The notes below the pieces were generated by a model, which saw only the letters and a program-made list of their open reading frames with translations, had not been told where the DNA came from and ran no database searches. From positions 6,459 to 70,458 of the forward strand of contig DAHUZT010000073.1 in the NCBI GenBank assembly GCA_027315005.1: a DNA stretch of 64,000 nt, in the 5' to 3' direction. Position 1 is the first letter of the stretch, and every line of letters starts with the position of its first letter. Made by a program: the position numbers and the translations under genes. This DNA is from Acidimicrobiaceae bacterium (lineage in GTDB: Bacteria > Actinomycetota > Acidimicrobiia > Acidimicrobiales > RAAP-2). This document shows positions 54,753 to 62,940 of the stretch, piece after piece.

Positions 54753-56018
54753 ATGGTCGGACAGATCGCAGGTCCCAGCACGATCACCCTCGAGCTCATC
54801 GGGGCAGTCGTGATCCTCTCGATGCTCCTTGGCGCGATCGACATCCTCCGGCACCCTGGATGGGCCTGGAAGGCCGCAGAGGAGTCCAAGCCCGCCTATC
54901 TCGTCCTCGACCTGCTCCTCCCGATCGTGGGACTCGCACTCTACGCGTTCAAGGCCCGCTCCAAGGTGGCTGCAGTCTCCGGCGAGGGCCGGGCGGCCAG
55001 CCTGCCGTTCGAGCGCTTCGCCGAGGAGCTGTCCCAGATGCAGCGCGAGCAGTGGAGTGACGACCGTGCGGACGAGACCAGCACGTTCGGCAGCTTCGGA
55101 GCTGCACTCACCGCCCGGGATCTCGCCCACTTGACCACCGAGGAGCAGGTGACCGTGACGACACGGGAACGGGTCCTCGCCACCGTGGGCGTACCGGTCG
55201 AGGCCCAGGGACCGACGTCGGAGATGCCACGGGTCACTGCCGGGATGAGCCCGTTGCGGACCGAACCGGCGAGCGCGCCGGTGCGAGATTCGATCGATGC
55301 CCCCGCACCACCCCCGCCATCACCGGCGGCTCCCGCCCGGACCGGCGCACCGCCCACTCCGTCGCCATCACCGGCGGCTCCCGCCGGGGGGTCCGGTCCC
55401 CGGCCCGCTCCGACCACCCCGTTCGGACCGGCCCAGTCCTCCACCGACGCACCGCCAGCCTCTGGCTCGATCGGCACTCGGCCAGCGGTCCCTCCGGCCG
55501 CAGACGAGATCTCCACCCACTCGGACTGGGCAAGCTCCTCGTCCCGAAGCGAAGGGCCCGGGGAGGAACGCCCGGTCGAGATCTCCAGCACCTTCTTCAG
55601 CAACGAGGGAAAACCGACGGGTGCATCCCGATTCATCCGCCCGCAGATCGGTCTGTCCCGCGTCCACCGGCCGAAGGAGAAGACCAAGCGCACCGCCACC
55701 CCGGCCGACCGCCCGCAAGCGACCGGGGCTCCCCACGTCCAGGGCACCTCGGGCGGGTTGGCTCGGCCCGAGCCCCAGACTGAGGCCCAGGTTCAACCTC
55801 AGGCCCATACTGAGCCAACCTCGCCAGTCACGATCGACCAGCCGGAACGGCCTCGGGGAGCCCTGCGGGTCGATGCCAGCCTGCGGGCTCCGATGGCCCC
55901 CGCAGGCTGGAACCCAGATCCGACCGGGCGCCACCAATTCCGCTACTGGGACGGATTGCACTGGACCGAGAACGTGGCCGACACCGGCCGGCAGTCGAGG
56001 GATGCCATCGCCTCGTGA
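54753..56018 (+). CDS. membrane-anchored Pro-rich protein with an N-terminal PLDc_N-like TM domain and a C-terminal DUF2510-like motif
   Basis: N-terminal LELIGAVVILSMLLGAIDIL...LVLDLLLPIVGLALYAF, a long Pro/Ala/Ser linker with the internal repeat PSPAAPA, and C-terminal GWNPDPTGRHQFRYWDGLHWTENV. AGGAGG lies 8 nt (gcccagac) upstream of the ATG. Confidence 0.75.
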   Translation: MVGQIAGPSTITLELIGAVVILSMLLGAIDILRHPGWAWKAAEESKPAYLVLDLLLPIVGLALYAFKARSKVAAVSGEGRAASLPFERFAEELSQMQREQWSDDRADETSTFGSFGAALTARDLAHLTTEEQVTVTTRERVLATVGVPVEAQGPTSEMPRVTAGMSPLRTEPASAPVRDSIDAPAPPPPSPAAPARTGAPPTPSPSPAAPAGGSGPRPAPTTPFGPAQSSTDAPPASGSIGTRPAVPPAADEISTHSDWASSSSRSEGPGEERPVEISSTFFSNEGKPTGASRFIRPQIGLSRVHRPKEKTKRTATPADRPQATGAPHVQGTSGGLARPEPQTEAQVQPQAHTEPTSPVTIDQPERPRGALRVDASLRAPMAPAGWNPDPTGRHQFRYWDGLHWTENVADTGRQSRDAIAS

Positions 56019-56046
56019 CCCGTCGTGCCCGGCTCGCTGGTACCGC

Positions 56047-57090
56047 CTATCTGCCCGTTCCGGCCAGGCGGGCCAGCCGGGCGACCAGGACCTCCAGTAC
56101 CGCATCACCGGAAAGCTCCGTGAGCCCACGGACGTCGAGGTCGGCCCGGGCGACGAGATCGACGGCCCGTCCGATGCCCGAGGAGCCCAACCTGCTCGCC
56201 TGGGCAAATGCCTTCTTGGCCGGATAGGAGCTCTTGGTGCCGAGCAGCTCGGCAGCTTGCTCCGCGGTCCGCACGCCGGATCCGTCGAGTTGGAGCATCT
56301 GGCGGTAATGCCGGTGGAGGATGGTGAGAACGGCCACGGGATGTGAGTCCCCCGAGTCCAGAATCCTGCGGAGGACCGTCAGCGCGGAGGTGGTCTTCCC
56401 GGCGTCGATGGCATCGGTGAGGTCCCACGGTGCGACAGTTCCGGCCGTTCCCAGAAACGGTCGGAGGTCTTCGGCGGAGACCGCGGCCCCTTCCCCATAG
56501 GCGGCGGCCAACGTACCGAGCAACCCCTGCAGTCGACCCATGTCTTCGCCGAGGTGGCCGGCGAGCAGCGTGGCTGCGGCTCCGTCCATGCGCACGGGTC
56601 CGTGGCGGACATGTTCGGCCATCCAGGTCGAACGGGCCCGTCCGGTACCGACGGTCGTGTCGAGAACGGTCCCGGCCGATCCGACGGCCCGGACCAGGAT
56701 CACCGGGATGGTTCCACCCCCGGCCACCACGACCAGGGTTGAGGTTGTCAGTGGGTCCTTCAGATAGTCAGCCAGTCGCTCGGCGTCAGCCGCCACGAGT
56801 TGTCCCGCCTCGCGCACCACGACCACCCTCCGGTCCACGAGGAACGGCGGGGTCGTACAGGCATCGATCACCGCGCTCACATCCAGTTGGTCGGCGCCGG
56901 GTCCGCCGAATTCCTCGACTACGAGCGCGGGATCGCTCTCACCTGCCAGGGCCGCCACCAGGTCGTGAGCAGCCTGGGCCACGAGGCTGGGATCGCCACC
57001 TCGTACCAGGTAGGCGGGTGGAGTGCCCTTCATTCCGGTCGAGGCCCGAGCTGCGCCTTCGGACCGCGTGGTCGACGGAGCGCGGTTCAT
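56047..57090 (-). CDS. holA: DNA polymerase III delta subunit
   Basis: YLVRGGDPSLV..., FLVDRRVVVVREAG, and the C-terminal domain ...LTDAIDAGKTTSALTVLRRIL... The start was moved to ATG 57090 (347 aa), overlapping the folP TGA (ATGA). Confidence 0.8.
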   Translation of the reverse strand: MNRAPSTTRSEGAARASTGMKGTPPAYLVRGGDPSLVAQAAHDLVAALAGESDPALVVEEFGGPGADQLDVSAVIDACTTPPFLVDRRVVVVREAGQLVAADAERLADYLKDPLTTSTLVVVAGGGTIPVILVRAVGSAGTVLDTTVGTGRARSTWMAEHVRHGPVRMDGAAATLLAGHLGEDMGRLQGLLGTLAAAYGEGAAVSAEDLRPFLGTAGTVAPWDLTDAIDAGKTTSALTVLRRILDSGDSHPVAVLTILHRHYRQMLQLDGSGVRTAEQAAELLGTKSSYPAKKAFAQASRLGSSGIGRAVDLVARADLDVRGLTELSGDAVLEVLVARLARLAGTGR

Positions 57091-58052
57091 CGATCCCCGG
57101 ACCGGTCCGATCCTTCCGGCCCGGTGCGCACGCCCCGATGCTCTTTGCCTTCTCCCTTGCCGATCGGGTCGGTCGGCTGCCCCGTGGCGCGAGACAGCTC
57201 GTTGATCCGCTCCCTCCCCACCGCGCTCACCGCCGCCAGGACCGAACAAACCTGATGGTGACCCGCCACGTCGTGAACACGGATGATCCGGCACCCGAGC
57301 ACCACTCCGAGTGCTGCCGCGCCCAGTGACGCTTCTCGGCGCCCTCCGAGATCGAGATCCAGGAGCGCGCCGAGAAATGTCTTGTTCGACGCCGACAACA
57401 GCAATGGGTAGCCGATGCGGGCCAGGCGTTTGGAGGACCGCAGGAGGCACAGCGACTGCTCGGCCGTCTTGCCCAGGTCGAGTCCGGCGTCGATGACGAC
57501 GCGGTCGGAGGGCAAGCCTGCAGCGACAGCCCGGGCCGCCAGCCCGGCCAGTGAGGCTTCGACGGTACCCACGACGTCGTGGTAGACCGGTTCCGGGTCG
57601 GGGACCCTCGGAGCGAGTCGAATGTGCGTGGCCACCACCGTCGCCCCGGCGGCGGCGGCGGCCGGCAGGTAGCCCGGGTCTGAGAATCCACTGATGTCAT
57701 TGCCCATGACGGCTCCCGCGCCATAGGCCTCGTTCGCCACCGAGGCCCGCCAGGTATCCACCGACAGCGGAACGGAAAGGCGTCGGTGGAGCGCCTCGAT
57801 CGCCGGAATCACCCGATCCATTTCCTCCTGCTCGTCCACGGCCGGCCCCGGACCGGCTTTGACGCCGCCGACATCGAGCAGGTCCGCTCCTTCGTCGACC
57901 AACTGCTGACCTCGTCTGAGCAGGTCGTCGAGCGAGAAGGTCGCCCCCTTGTCGTAGAACGAATCGGGAGTCCGGTTGAGGATGCCCATCAAAAGGGCCC
58001 GATCGGTCAGTTCGAAGGACCGGTCACCTAGCGAGAGCCGGCTGGCGCGCAC
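57087..58052 (-). CDS. folP: dihydropteroate synthase family protein (possibly a FolP2-like paralogue)
   Basis: Pterin-binding fold: MGILNRTPDSFYDKG, DVGG, DTW, NDISG, DAGLDLGKT. SASNKTFLG replaces the canonical SRK-type motif. About 45-aa C-terminal extension. Confidence 0.85.
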   Translation of the reverse strand: MRASRLSLGDRSFELTDRALLMGILNRTPDSFYDKGATFSLDDLLRRGQQLVDEGADLLDVGGVKAGPGPAVDEQEEMDRVIPAIEALHRRLSVPLSVDTWRASVANEAYGAGAVMGNDISGFSDPGYLPAAAAAGATVVATHIRLAPRVPDPEPVYHDVVGTVEASLAGLAARAVAAGLPSDRVVIDAGLDLGKTAEQSLCLLRSSKRLARIGYPLLLSASNKTFLGALLDLDLGGRREASLGAAALGVVLGCRIIRVHDVAGHHQVCSVLAAVSAVGRERINELSRATGQPTDPIGKGEGKEHRGVRTGPEGSDRSGDR

Positions 58053-58093
58053 GAATGCACGCTACCCGCGGGGTCGGAGCCCGAGCGGGCGGC

Positions 58094-58813
58094 TCAGAAC
58101 AGTCGAGTGGCGAGGGCCCGGCGGTATCCCGCGGTGCGTGGATCCTCCGGTCCGAGCGTCTCCAACAAGTCGAGGAATTCCTGCCGCGCTGATTCGTCGT
58201 CGCGCACCCGGTCGAGGAGACCGCCGAGCAGTCGGTCGATGTCGTCGCCGTCCACCCGGACGTCCTGGGAAGCCAACCTGGCCTCGGCGAGGAGGCGTCG
58301 GGTGCCTGGAGTCTCGGGGATACGACCGAGGAGCTTGGTGGCCTCATCGGTCTCCCCGCGAGCGAGAAGGGAGGCGGCCAGCTGGGTGATGGCGCCCTCG
58401 TGATCGGGCTGGAGCTCGAGCGCCCTCCGCAGTGGCGCCTCGGTACCCTCACGGAGCGCCTCATCTACCAGGACGTCGGCTTGGGAAGGGGCCGGGGACA
58501 GCTTGTTGACGAACTCGGTGACGACCGCCTCGGGTTGCGCCCCGATGAAACCGTCCACCACTTTCCGGTCGACCACGGCGAAGACGGCAGGGATCGACTG
58601 GACCTGGAAGCTCTGAGCGGTGGCCGGATTTTCGTCCACGTTGACCTTGACCAGTTCGACGGATCCTTCGGTGGCGTCCACCGCCTTTTCGATGATGGGA
58701 CCCAGAGTTCGGCACGGACCACACCACGGCGCCCACAAGTCGACCACCACCGGCACCTGCTCGGACCGGGCCAACACCGCGTCCTCGAACATCGCGTCGG
58801 TGACATCTGCCAT
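58094..58813 (-). CDS. thioredoxin-domain protein with a C-terminal TPR-like domain (YbbN/CnoX-like)
   Basis: VVVDLWAPWCGPCRTLGP thioredoxin motif, followed by a helical repeat region. The start was moved to ATG 58813 (239 aa); the rest of the 715-aa track ORF is antisense to the kinase gene. Confidence 0.85.
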   Translation of the reverse strand: MADVTDAMFEDAVLARSEQVPVVVDLWAPWCGPCRTLGPIIEKAVDATEGSVELVKVNVDENPATAQSFQVQSIPAVFAVVDRKVVDGFIGAQPEAVVTEFVNKLSPAPSQADVLVDEALREGTEAPLRRALELQPDHEGAITQLAASLLARGETDEATKLLGRIPETPGTRRLLAEARLASQDVRVDGDDIDRLLGGLLDRVRDDESARQEFLDLLETLGPEDPRTAGYRRALATRLF

Positions 58814-58876
58814 GCTCCCGACCATACCGTGACGACGTCGTCCTTCGAGTCGGACCCGGGCCCGGACCCTACGGTC

Positions 58877-58903
58877 GACGCGGCCGACGCGGCCGACGCG
58901 GCC
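58877..58903. repeat. (GACGCGGCC)x3 perfect tandem repeat in a divergent promoter region
   Basis: Read directly: gacgcggcc gacgcggcc gacgcggcc, between the Trx-TPR start (58813) and the kinase start (59027). Confidence 0.85.
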
Positions 58904-59026
58904 TGCTCCCGTCGCTTCGCCGGGCCGCCGGTGGCATCGGAGGTGGAATGGCCCGATCCGCTCCGCCTGCCGGCGCCCATCGGGATTGCGGCGGTCCACC
59001 ACCGCGGCGCGGGTAGCGTCGTGTGC

Positions 59027-60118
59027 ATGGATTCGCAGGAGATCGCGCCCGTCCCAGGCTCTTCGGCGACCAGCCCGGTCGACCAGGAGGTCGAAGGGAT
59101 CGACGTCGCCCGGGTCGGGGCATGGCTGGCCGACGCCGTGGAAGGCGCGGAGCCGCCCTTCGAGTACGAGCTGATCGCAGGAGGCCGTTCCAACCTGACC
59201 TATCGGGTGACCGACGCCGGTGGTCGCTCCTACGCACTCCGTCGTCCACCGGTGAGCCATGTGCTTCCGACCGCACATGACATGAAGCGGGAACACGCCG
59301 TGCTGTCGGCCCTCGGCTCCACGAACGTCCCGGTTCCCCGGACCCTCGCGCTGTGCGCCGACGAAGCGATCAACGGAGCCCCGTTCTACGTGATGAGCTT
59401 CGTCGAAGGCCGCATCGTCCGCGACGAAAAGTCGGCGAAAGAGCTCAGCGGAGGCGCTCGGGCCCGCGCAGGTGAATCGTTGGTGAAAACCCTGGCCGGG
59501 CTTCACGCCGTGGACATCGACTCCATCGGGCTCGGGGACTTCGCCCGGAGGGACGGTTACATCCCACGCCAGCTCAAGCGTTGGCATACCCAGTTCGCCC
59601 AATCGCAGGTTGATGGCGCGCGCGGACCAGACGTCATCGACCAGGTCCATGCTCGCCTGGCGACCTCGATCCCCGAGCAGCAGGCAGCGGCAATCGTGCA
59701 CGGAGACTACCGGCTCGACAACACCGTGCTCGATGAGGGGGGTGCCGTGCGGGCCATCCTCGACTGGGAGATTTGCACGCTCGGCGATCCCCTGGCCGAC
59801 CTCGGACTGCTGCTCGTGTACTGGACAGAGCCGGGAGATGCTGACCAGTCGTTGGTGGGGGTGGCTCCGACCGCAGTCCCCGGATTCGCCAGTCGAGCCG
59901 AACTCACCGACCTCTACGGTGCCGCCTCGGGCCTCGATCTCGCCCAGCTCCCCTACTACCGGGCCTTCGGATTCTGGAAGTTGGCCTGCATCCTCCAGGG
60001 CGTCCACGCCCGGTATGCAGGGGGTGCAGCGGCTGGCGACCGTACTGGCGTGGAAGAGTTCGCCGACCATGTGCAACGACTGGGTCAACGCGCTCTGAGC
60101 GAGGTGGAGACACTGTGA
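59027..60118 (+). CDS. phosphotransferase (APH/choline-kinase-like, acyl-CoA-dehydrogenase-associated type)
   Basis: GGRSNLTYRV nucleotide loop, catalytic HGDYRLDN, and DWE metal-binding motif. 363 aa from ATG 59027. Confidence 0.85.
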   Translation: MDSQEIAPVPGSSATSPVDQEVEGIDVARVGAWLADAVEGAEPPFEYELIAGGRSNLTYRVTDAGGRSYALRRPPVSHVLPTAHDMKREHAVLSALGSTNVPVPRTLALCADEAINGAPFYVMSFVEGRIVRDEKSAKELSGGARARAGESLVKTLAGLHAVDIDSIGLGDFARRDGYIPRQLKRWHTQFAQSQVDGARGPDVIDQVHARLATSIPEQQAAAIVHGDYRLDNTVLDEGGAVRAILDWEICTLGDPLADLGLLLVYWTEPGDADQSLVGVAPTAVPGFASRAELTDLYGAASGLDLAQLPYYRAFGFWKLACILQGVHARYAGGAAAGDRTGVEEFADHVQRLGQRALSEVETL

Positions 60119-61020
60119 CCGGGCCGTCGGAGCACCCCCTCTATCGATTCGACCCCTGGGCCGCTCCGAGCGATCTGCACCTGCAGAAGCCGGTGATGGT
60201 CGTGGCGCTCGACGGCTGGGTCGATGCCGGAATGGGGGCATCCACTGCAGCGGCTGAGCTGCGCAAGGTGTCGCCCACCACCCACGTTGCCACGTTCGAC
60301 TCCGAACCGGTCATCGACCAGCGGGCACGGCGTCCCGTGGCCAGGATCGAAGACGGGATCACGACCGAGCTGACCTGGCCGACCATCAAGCTGGAGGCCG
60401 GAAAGGACAAGGTGGGGGCCGACCTGCTCTATCTGACCGGCCCGGAACCCGACTTCCGTTGGCCGACATTCATCGAGGCGGTCGTCCAGCTGGTGCGGGC
60501 GTTCGGGGTCCGCATCGTGATCGGCCTCGGCGCATTCCCAGCGCCCACCCCCCACACGCGCCCGGTCCGGCTTGCGTCGACGGTCCCGCCCCAATCAGCC
60601 GATCTGGCCGGCAGGATCGGTACCGTTCAGGGCACTCTCGAAGTACCTGCCGGCATGCAGGCAGCTCTGGAGGTGGCACTCGGAAAAGCTGGAATTCCGA
60701 TCGTCGGGTTGTGGGCACGAGTACCGCACTACGTCTCGGCCATGCCCTATCCCGAGGCCAGCGCAGCCCTCATCGACGGACTGTGCTCGATGACCGGTGT
60801 GGTCGTCGACACCGCCGCCCTCCGGAGTGCCGGAGACGCCACCCGCCGCCAGGTCGACGAGCTCATCTCCGCCAACCCCGACCACCTCGATATGGTCCGA
60901 AGGCTGGAAGCGGCACTCGATTCCCAGGAGACCACTCCCATGGGCCTCGAAGGGGAGGTCCCCACCGGCGATGAGATCGCCGCCGAACTCGAGCGCTTCC
61001 TCCGGAACCAGGGGGACTAG
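60115..61020 (+). CDS. PAC2 (proteasome assembly chaperone 2-like) family protein
   Basis: PVMVVALDGWVDAGMGAS..., LLYLTGPEPDFRWPTF... is the typical PAC2 pattern. The GTG start overlaps the kinase TGA (GTGA). Confidence 0.82.
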   Translation: MTGPSEHPLYRFDPWAAPSDLHLQKPVMVVALDGWVDAGMGASTAAAELRKVSPTTHVATFDSEPVIDQRARRPVARIEDGITTELTWPTIKLEAGKDKVGADLLYLTGPEPDFRWPTFIEAVVQLVRAFGVRIVIGLGAFPAPTPHTRPVRLASTVPPQSADLAGRIGTVQGTLEVPAGMQAALEVALGKAGIPIVGLWARVPHYVSAMPYPEASAALIDGLCSMTGVVVDTAALRSAGDATRRQVDELISANPDHLDMVRRLEAALDSQETTPMGLEGEVPTGDEIAAELERFLRNQGD

Positions 61021-61080
61021 CGATTTTCCCCTCCTTCAACTAGCGATTTTCCCCTCCTTCAACTAGGGCTCTTCCCCTCC
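61018..61080. repeat. 23-bp tandem duplication (2 perfect copies plus a degenerate third) at a convergent gene junction
   Basis: TAGCGATTTTCCCCTCCTTCAAC occurs at 61018-61040 and again at 61041-61063, followed by TAGGGCTCTTCCCCTCC. Unit 1 begins with the PAC2 TAG. The CTAG at 61040-61043 supplies the TAG of the convergent minus-strand ORF. Confidence 0.9.
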
Positions 61081-62072
61081 TGGGAGCGTTTGGGGCCGGG
61101 GCGGCCCAGCACGAGAGGGGTGAGCCGGCGCCGGAGGTGAATTTCCGTGAGGCGCCACAGCTCGCTCGAGTCGGCGCCTCCCAGTGTCGCCAGCGCAAAG
61201 GTCCTCCCGAGCGAGCTGCAGCGCGAGCGGCCACTCCCACCAGGTGCCGATGGATCGGGCCTGCCGGCCGCCGGTCCGGGGTGGCCCCTCCCCGACGAAG
61301 AGCGAGGATGGCCACCAGAAGGGGGAGTGCCGTCTCACGGTCGTCGTGCGAAAGTGATTGGGCCCTGACGCGGTAGAACACCAGCGGGACCTCGAGTTTG
61401 ACGATCGGATCGTTCGCCGCCACGCATGCGTCGAGAATCCAGTCGCCCGCCCGGAGCACCAAGGGGCATATCCCCCAGCAACGAGGTAGGACTCCCGTCG
61501 CACGCACAACTGGGTCGTGGGGGAGCACGCATCTTGCTGAAGATCCGAGCAGTACGCCTCCTCTTCAACAGACTCTTCAACCGACTCCCAGTCATCGCTC
61601 GTTGCATCGACCAAGGTCTGAGCCTGATCGTCGAGCACCCTTCGATCGACGATACGTCCTCGCTGGTGTTGCCCCAGCGTAGACCTGTCCTCTACGAGAG
61701 CGAACCCAATCGCGCCGGTGGCGATCGCTCGAGGTGCCGGGTGTCGATGCACCAGTTACTCGAGGAGATCGATCCTCCGTGGGTGCCAGAGATCGTCGCT
61801 GTCGAAGAGGCCGATCCACGCACCGCTGGCATGAACGACCCCGCGGTTCCGTATCTCGAGACCCCTTCTGGCTTCTCGCGACGCAGGACGATCGGTGAGG
61901 ATCCGGATGGGAAACGGTACGCCCTCGCCAGGTCTCCCCCTCCGTCGGTGGAACCGTCGTCGACCACGATCACCTCACCGGGAGGAGAGGACTGAGCAGT
62001 GAACGAATCGAGCGTGGCCGTGATTGGCTGAGCGGTGCTACGGAGCGGGATGACGACCGAGAGGTCTAACAC
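61040..62072 (-). pseudogene. GT2-family glycosyltransferase, multiply frameshifted
   Basis: The N-terminus LDLSVVIPLRS...GEVIVVDDGSTDGGGDLARAY is in one frame (from GTG 62072). The continuation IRILTD...IRNRGVVHASGAWIGLFDSDDLWHPRRIDLLE is in a second frame, ending at TAA 61758-56. The C-terminal-like LVFYRVRAQSLSHDD is in the 61040-61528 ORF frame. Confidence 0.7.
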
Positions 62073-62298
62073 AGAACTTTCGCTACTGGCACGCTGTGAA
62101 GCGCCTGGTTCGGCGAGCAATGGTGCAACAGACCGAACCGCGCGCTTGGGGGGCGACCTTTGCACAGTGGCCGCAGTCGAGTTCGCCGTGGTGACAGCTC
62201 CCCTTCGCCACCACCGCTCATCGCCGCCTTCTCGAAGGTTGTGCGGATAGGGTTGCACTCTCGACAGCGAACGACACGAACCGAGGACGCGAAGCCGC

Positions 62299-62897
62299 AT
62301 GCGGCAAACAGATCCTGTTCCCACTACGGTCCTCCGAGTCCTCGATCCGAATGCAGATACCGTCGACGAGGGAGCATGCCCGGAGCAAGACATCGAAGCG
62401 CTGAGATCCACAGGGCTGATGGCGCTCACCGTGGATCCGGAGCGGTGTGGGTGTGGTCCAGATCCGTAGCGATTTGTCGAACTGCTCGGGGCTGTTGCCG
62501 GGTCGTGCGGGTCCGCCACCATGGTGCTTCTCATGCACCTCTGTGCGGCCGCCGCTGTTGGAGCAGCCCCACCGGAAGCTTTCCCCGGTCTGGTCGAGGA
62601 CTTGGCAAGCTCGCATGCTCCGAGTCCGGGCCCCAATCCCATTTCTGGACTCCAGTATCGACTGCGACTGCCGTCGGTAAGGCCCTGAAGCTGATCGGCT
62701 ACAAGAGTTGGGTCACCTCTGCCGGACACGCCGACGTCTACGTCGCCAGCTGCCGCTCCTCAGGCGCCGAGGACCGCATGACATCTGATCAATACGCGCC
62801 TCTGTCGGGAACGCCGGGTTTCACGGTCGCCGAAGCCCCGCACTCCGACAGCTTTCGACCGAGATGCACGACGGTCGGCACCCGGTCGGGACGATGA
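62299..62897 (+). pseudogene. acyl-CoA dehydrogenase-like (flavin-dependent) gene remnant
   Basis: From ATG 62299: ...PEQDIEALRSTGLMALTVDPE..., in-frame TAG at 62467-62469, then RFVELLGAVAGSCGSATMVLLMH. A frameshift leads into the frame of ORF 62160-62897 (GKALKLIGYKSWVTSAGHADVYVASCR...GTPGFTV). It is far too short for a full ACAD before the next gene. Confidence 0.6.
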
Positions 62898-62940
62898 ACA
62901 GCACCTGCACAGGGAGTGCCGGAAACGCTACTGTCGGGCG

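Noticed and set aside
61018-61080. The 23-bp tandem repeats (and the 18-bp repeats at 24343-24395) as a possible mini-CRISPR array.
   Set aside because: The units are directly adjacent with no spacers, there are only 2-3 copies, there are no cas genes, and the repeats are not palindromic. They are simple tandem duplications.
21766-62469. The idea that the two in-frame TAG codons (rsmE 21766-68, ACAD-like 62467-69) reflect amber recoding such as pyrrolysine or a suppressor tRNA.
   Set aside because: TAG is used as an ordinary terminator by intact genes in the same window (rpoD at 2682-84, the MFS gene at 468-70, PAC2 at 61018-20). No pyl genes or suppressor tRNA are present, and the ACAD-like gene also has frameshifts. 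Mutation or sequencing error is the simpler explanation.
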